The position numbers were made by a program, and so were the translations under genes. DNA of 64,000 nt. It comes from Asterias rubens. Lineage: Eukaryota. Location: contig NC_047068.1 in NCBI RefSeq assembly GCF_902459465.1, positions 6,882,001 to 6,946,000 of the forward strand, given 5' to 3'. Positions 57,592-64,000 of the stretch are shown here, one piece after another (the stretch's first letter is position 1; each line of letters starts with the position of its first letter). A model generated the notes under the pieces. That model was not told the DNA's origin and searched no databases. It saw only the letters and a list, made by a program, of their open reading frames with translations.

Positions 57592-59945
57592 CCGTTTTTA
57601 TATAGCGCTTTTCACACCCGGAGGGCGTCCCAAAGCACTTCACTGTGTTACCTCTGGTCACTGGGCCTTAATTCACTCCTTAAACCATCTCAGCTCCCTG
57701 GTGGGGAGTATGCAGCCATGTTTCACATTTTAGAAACTGAGATAGCTGAATGAAATGCACTGACACAATTATTTGTTTCCTAATATTCAAAAAAGAAAAA
57801 AAGCGTCAGGTATGACAGTATAATAATTTCAACATTGATCCTTACCGGCAGTCAATCAGCAAGGCATGCCCCTCCTTCCCCATCACCGAAATGAACTGGT
57901 CCATAATGCCGCACGGCATCTTGGCAAATTCATGCTCTGCCTTCTGACAGGTCAGCGCTTTGGCTCTGAGATCGGCCGTAGGTCCGTTAGGGTCGAGGGC
58001 CTCAAGGAAGGTATGAGTAGCAACCTCTAGAGAGGCGGAGCTTGATACGCCTCCCCCAAGGGGAACAGACGAGACGATAACTGCATCAAACGAGGACAGA
58101 GTACCTGGGGACAAATTGTGTGTTTTTTTACATTTTGTTTTTTATAATTCAAGTCAGAGTCCCTGGGGAAAAATTGTGTGATTTTATTACATTCTTTTTT
58201 AAATTCAAGTCATTCCCATCAGGGCAAACTGTGGTTTGTTCTGAATTTTTTTTTCAGTTTCCCTTGTTGTTTATTACATTACTTCTTGATATTTGAAATA
58301 TAAACTTGTCCCCTTAAGATGATGCCTCTATACTGCTACTTCCTTGGTTGATAGCACTTACAGGTTGAAAGGCTTCTGACTGGCATCCCGAACAAAGAAA
58401 TTGACAAAATAGGGAGACACCAACATAAGGGCTAAGGGCTTAATCCAAAAGTCACAGGTTCAAATCTCACTGTATTCAAACAGTTAACACAAACAAATTT
58501 TGCTTACCAGAATAAGGTATTCACCAGCCAAGATACCATTCCACACATAAATGATTATCCCAACTATTTTTTACTAAGCTGAAAATTGTTTACCAAACTT
58601 TTCTGTTTGAGCAACTCAATGAAACTGGGACTCCCCAAATTTTTGTTTTACTAGGCCTATTTCACAAACGCTTCTTAAGCACAAAATGTTGCCTTAACAC
58701 AGAAGGTTTGCCAGTTAAAATACTGTGTGCGATCGGAACTGGTTAGAGCAGAATGCTTTGAGGGTGTTTCAGGCAGATCTTTGTACCTTTGTAAAACTGC
58801 ACCACCCCCTTGACATAGTTGGCCCAGGCCGGCAGTCCGGGCTGGAGAGCTTTGTCTGCTGATGGAAGATGGAATTCAATACTTCTTGGTTCATCAGCGT
58901 TCTCGGCAGTCGTTGTGATTCGACATAGTCCAGTGTTTGTCTTAGTACCAACAATGACGGTTACCTGGGGCAAAGCCTGCAAGTAATTTGTAAATTTATA
59001 ATGAAATGTGGAAATAACAGACTTTGCCAATCAAATCAGAAATTATTCCATCTATGTTTTATAATTTGAAAGAAATTAAAATCATTTTGAATGAGCTGCG
59101 TGAATCTTAGGCCAGATTGGACTCCTACATTGCATGACTTAGGTCCCACCAGGGCTATGTAAAACTGTAGACCCAGTAACTGGGGCGCTGTACTCCTTTT
59201 TTTTCGAAATTTTGACATTCTCGGTCGTACTAGCTAGTTCGACCAAGAATGTCAAAATTTCGGAAAAGGGAGTACAGCGCCCCAGTACCTGGGTCTAGTA
59301 GTAAAACTGTGCTTTTTTTTTCTTCATAAAATTAAAATCTATCAAAAAAATAAATAATTTATACAAGTTTTCCAGCGGGATTTCTAGCTAGCCTACAGCC
59401 GGTTTCAGCCTACCGCAATAATTTAATGTGTTTTTAAATAGATATAAGATAGCGCGATAAAATTTGCTTTTAATTTATACAGTTGAGTTAAAAAATAAAT
59501 AAAAATAAAAAAACAATTAAAAGGATCGGTCTATCGCAAGAACCGCAACAATTTTATTTTAAATTATTTAGAAAGCGGTAAATTTGCTTGACTCAAACCT
59601 AGCAAATTGTTTTATTTGGGCCCAATCTTAACCCCGCCTTTTTATAATTCCCCCATCACAATCACTCAGTGTAGTGTAGGCCTAGATAGTACTAGAGTAG
59701 ATCTGTGTACTTGATGATGATCAGCATGATTGTTCCATTGCCGGATGAATGAATTCAGAATAGCTTACCATCGGGAAAACAAATCCATCATTGTAATCGG
59801 TGTGCTCTCCAATCAGGTTCACTCTCCCCGGACCACAAGCTGCAAAGCTCGGCTTGCTTCCAAACTTCTCCAAGAAGACACTGCTTGCATCTTGCACCAA
59901 CTCGGCGGTGCTTTTGATCTCTGATACGCCCACAACTTTTGCCAT
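54825..59945 (-). CDS. GALK1: Galactokinase 1, 7 exons, 397 aa
   Basis: Minus-strand exons 59945-59769, 58976-58787, 58104-57846, 57167-56986, 56514-56364, 55521-55359, 54896-54825; total 1194 nt. Motifs [59 protein letters not shown] and [12 protein letters not shown]. Confidence 0.97.
55582..55870 (+). mobile_element. SINE with the same tRNA-Leu head but a different body
   Basis: tggcctagcagtaacaagagcaccaggctcaagctctggtg...gtgtgggtttgactcc...gtgacacctgtgtcc, then gcacataaaagaacccag...aagagaagggg. Confidence 0.65.
59169..59298. mobile_element. Foldback MITE, near-perfect hairpin of about 130 bp, in GALK1 intron 1
   Basis: tagacccagtaactggggcgctgtactcc...cgaaattttgacattctcggtcg / cgaccaagaatgtcaaaatttcg...ggagtacagcgccccagtacctgggtcta. 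Confidence 0.85.
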
Positions 59946-60340
59946 TGTTCAAAAACCACAGAGAGCAAAAATCCCACCTCAAATTACGTACGTGGGATCG
60001 TATTATGATTAATAAAAGCCCAAGTAAAGTTATTTTCCCCAATTAAGAATATTGGGACTACCCCCGTACGTATTGAAGCCGCTAACTATCTCCAAATGGG
60101 ACTGTATTCCCAATTCGGACCTAGCTTGAGTGTGACACCTTGTTTTGCACATTTTTCCCAGTCTTGTTCCTAGTGTCATAAGCGCACAATACGAATATAA
60201 AGAGGTGCTGACTACGTGAAAAAACATCAGACTACAAAAAAGTAGGCGATGTCATTTTTGTCTTTCGAGGAACTCCCTCGGCCTCGCGTGTTAACTGAGG
60301 TTGGATGTTCAATCGGTGGCCTGCTTCTTCTCATGTTTTG
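59946..60340. promoter_or_regulatory. Putative bidirectional promoter GALK1/SNX29, with a non-coding SNX29 first exon ending at 60340
   Basis: GALK1 ATG at 59945 (-); CpG-containing stretch at about 60240-60340 ending in the donor TTG|GTAAGT on +. Inferred; no transcript data. Confidence 0.5.
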
Positions 60341-60874
60341 GTAAGTGTGCTGGTTTGTTTCTGATATAATAGCCCAATGATTCAATTAAATTGGGATTCT
60401 GCCATTGGAATTGTAGATGATGCAATGGTTTGTTGGTTGTCTGCGCTTTTAAATTTGTGAAGTCATGCATGCACAACATTGTCACTGCCTGAACAGTCAG
60501 TTCAACAGTTTATTGCTCCATGACCATGGTTCAATAATAATTTGTAACAGCATACCTAGCTACTGAAGTAACTGTTTAATATTTATGTTTATTTGTTTAG
60601 TGTACTGTTATATTAAAATGTTAGACAGTGTACCAGCTGTAGGAAAAGTTTCCGTATGGCGCCACCACTTTTTCATCCGATATGAAATAATATAGTATCT
60701 TAATTCTTATTTACCTCAATGATAAATCCCTTTTTGTAAAAATGAGTGAAAAAGTGGTGGCGCCAAACGGAAAGTTATCCATGTGTTTTATTAAGCTGTG
60801 TTTTCAATGTGTTTTTTTTGTACGAATTTGTCAATTATTTGACTTTTTTTTCTTCATCTTTCTTGAAAAAAAAA

Positions 60875-60934
60875 ACCTAACCCTAATACTTATGGCCTAA
60901 CCCTAACCCTAACCCTTACCCTAAACCTAACCCT
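60875..60934. repeat. Short degenerate (CCCTAA)n telomere-like tract
   Basis: acctaaccctaa...cctaaccctaaccctaacccttaccctaaacctaaccct. Confidence 0.75.
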
Positions 60935-62121
60935 GGAGTGGCCCTGTATTCTATAATTGTTCAAAAACATTAAACAAAAGAAAAGAAAATAGACAACAAA
61001 ATTAGTCCTTCAAAATTGGTGACGTAAGATAAGTTTTGATTGAGAAGATATTTGAACTTCTTTGTGGTACAACAAAGACCTAAGATTAAGTTATAGAGAG
61101 TTCCAGCCAGATGGAACATTGTTGTATTCTTTACCCTGTCCCTGTCCCTGCACTTTACCAAAGTTTCCTATTGACCCATTTCACCTGGCGTCATCATCAG
61201 AAAAATCTTGAATGCGCCATACTGGTGGGCAATTTCACTGTGCGTTTTCATATATAACTCTATGCATAGAGTATGCTGTGCGTTATGCACTGAAGTGCGC
61301 ATTTTAGGCGACGCGGCGTTAATACACGTAAACCTAACTTGCCCACCAACAGGGTGAGCGTGGCACCAGTCGCTGTGTGTGACGCGCGTGCAAGGGGTCA
61401 ATTGTACGGTACAAACAATTCCTTGTGGAGCACCTCAGTCTTTAGAATTCCCCTATGGATTTCCTTTGTGTCCATTTTTTGTTTCGTCCTTGGCCTCTAT
61501 ACGGTACCAACAATGAGCACACACAATAAAATGCTTTTGAAACTCGTAAACAAGTCATTGAACTAGCTACTGCAGGAAGGAAGTGTCTTCTTGTAACAAA
61601 TCCGTACCGTACCCTACCACCGTCATTGTGGAAGTAGACCTTGGGTTAGTTGTAGTTCAGCGATCAGTAGTAAAGTTCCAGGTAGGCCTAATTTTCAAAG
61701 ACCAGTCTTCTCACTTGGTGTATCTCAACATATTCATAAAATTAAAAAACGGTGAAAATTTGAGCTCAATTGGTCGTTGAAGTTGCGAGAATGAAAGAAA
61801 AAACACCCTCGTCACACTAAGGTGTGTCCTTTCAGATGCTTGATTTAGAGACCTCAAAAAATTCTAATTCTGAGGTTTTGAAATCAAATTCGTGGGAAAA
61901 ATACTTCTTTCTCAAAAACTATGTTACTTCAGAGGGAGCCGTTTCTCTCAATGTTTTATAGAACCAACAGCTCTCAATTACCTGTTCCCAAGTAAGGTTA
62001 TTTTGAGTTATTATCAAATTAGTGTCCAGTGCCTTTAAATGAACAAAAGAATCATTAATGGTTCACAAAAGAACAAATGTTTACAGTTTCTTAATTTTTT
62101 CTGACAGATTCTTAAGGTAGC

Positions 62122-62321
62122 ATGGAGCATCTAGCACAGGAACGACAACATCTTCTTGACCGTCTTCTAGACGCGGTCAAGCAGTGCCAGGTCCGGTTTG
62201 GTGGACGTACGGAGCTAGCTACAGATAGTGACAGCCGTGTGTCTTGTCTGTGCGCTCAGTTAGAGGCCGTTCTGGTTCACGGTTTGAAACGGTCTACAAG
62301 TAATCCGCTAAATGCACTCAA
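62122..62321 (+). CDS. SNX29: Sorting nexin 29 (RUN domain), first coding exon; gene continues beyond the window
   Basis: MEHLAQERQHLLDRLLDAVKQCQVRFGGRTELATDSDSRVSCLCAQLEAVLVHGLKRS matches the SNX29 N-terminal RUN domain as I recall it. Acceptor tttttctgacag at 62107, in-frame TAA upstream of the ATG, donor AA|GTAAGG at 62322. Confidence 0.88.
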
Positions 62322-64000
62322 GTAAGGGTTTAGAATTAGTCTTAAAACTAGGGTTCAATTTCATAGAGCTGCTTAAAGGGTCTATGTGCTTTTTGTAGGA
62401 CAAAAAACACAATGTCCACAGATTTACACTAAACTTACACAGTTTGAAGATAATGATAGTAGAAAGCTTCCCTGAAAATATTACGTGCTGAGGTGCTGTA
62501 ATTTTGGGGAAATGAGTAAAACAATGTCATGAAAATAATTTGTTGTCTCATGAGACGAAAATTATTTTAATCATTTACAAACGTATTTTCATGACATTGT
62601 TTTGCTCATTTCTCAAACACTACAGCACCTCAGTAAGTAATAATGAAGGGAAGCTTTCCACTATCATTATCTTCAAAGTTTAATGTAAATCTATGGACAT
62701 TTTGAAAAGGTACCCAAATCCTTCAAATCTCCTCCATACACATTTTATAAAGAAGGGTATGTTGAATCCATGCAATCCTATTCACTAATAATTTTCTATA
62801 GAAATTTGGTTTTATAATATTGAATCAGGCCTCCGGGCTCAGCTTAGAGCATTGGTAACTTTCTCTTTGTTTGTTTTGCTCTGTATGTTCAGTGTACTGT
62901 TACATTTACATGAACATGTACCTTGCAAGCACGGGAAATGGGATGTTGTGCCGGGATGTTATGACCCTCATTTCCTGGATATTCAACAGTTTCAAAATGT
63001 CGCATTTAGGAACATTCATACCGACAAGATTTGTAGGCCTATTTGTTGAAAGATATTTTCACCTGCATGTTCTCAATTCAAAGAAGAAAAAATGGGAATT
63101 TTTAAATTATCTTCTGTAAATTCTTTACAGAAAATATTTTTGCAAAAAAATGGGGTAAACACTGAAAGTTTTTTTTTTTTGTTCTGAGTAACAAGCTTGT
63201 TTAAATACAACTTATGAAATGGTATTTCACAAGCACAGCTTTGGAGCGTTAAAAATTTGATAGTTTTACAAATAATTTACATGGGTATTAAATACATGGT
63301 GGGCAACTTTCCTTTGAAATATCTTTGCCTAAAATGCTAATGTTGTTTATAGAAATTAATACAACCAAAAACTGATGTCGCTTTAAAACTTTCTCAGTTT
63401 TTATTTATTTGATGTAGCCCCTTTTATTTTGGCAAGCATAAAGTGTGGCTACTGGCCTCTGACAATATCCCATATTGTATTGCTTTGAAGGAGTGATTAT
63501 GCCATGACAGGATTTGTATTATGAAATTTTGGATGGGGAATCAACAATATTATGATTTGTTTTAGTATCCAAGATATGTTCACTGATGATGAACTTTTTT
63601 TTCTTTCCAACATTCTACCCCATTTGGCCCTAATTGCTGATTTTTGTTTGACACGTCAACCAAATAAGCAGTATGTTCATTTGCCATTATTCAAAACTGA
63701 ACAATAATCTTGTAATGTATGATGCTTTTTTAATTATTCTAAAACAACCAAAACTGCCTTCATTTTTTTGTTTGGTGAGACTGTACAAACAAATTCAGTC
63801 ATGAGATGTGCACAGCCTGTGCGGTGTTTACAGTGATCTTTCATGTGTTTGAGTGATGGTGGGGGTGGGGTAGTTTCAGCTTGTAACTCGATATATTATG
63901 TAGACACTGGAGGTCATAGGAGGCCATTGTAAGGTCACAGAGGTCAAGCCTACGGAGTGTTGACTTCAATCAGCTGTTCCTTTTAGCAGGAGGTTTTCCA

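Overview
AT-rich, intron-rich animal genomic DNA. It is probably an invertebrate deuterostome, possibly a sea-star-like echinoderm; this is inferred from vertebrate-like exon structures and the repeat landscape and cannot be proven here. I built the gene models by hand from GT-AG sites and phase continuity. In order along the window: the last coding stretch of a probable ANKFN1/wide-awake-like gene (+); SLC25A38 (+, 9 exons, 299 aa); CEP20/FOPNL (-, 5 exons, 169 aa); an unrecognised 3-exon gene for a secreted Cys/Trp-rich acidic 167-aa protein (+), head-to-head with CEP20 with only 114 bp between the ATGs; SRP68 (+, 13 exons, 603 aa); GALK1 (-, 7 exons, 397 aa); and the start of SNX29 (+). Three SRP68 introns each hold a copy of a 134-nt RNA with full box H/ACA architecture. 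Non-coding space is dense with non-autonomous DNA transposons (TTAA-flanked Kolobok-like, TTA- and CTG-flanked PIF/Harbinger-like, one P-like element), tRNA-Leu-derived SINEs, L2 LINE pieces and tandem repeats. Most ORFs in the supplied track are spurious or exon-plus-intron read-throughs. There is no CRISPR array, rRNA or intact tRNA.
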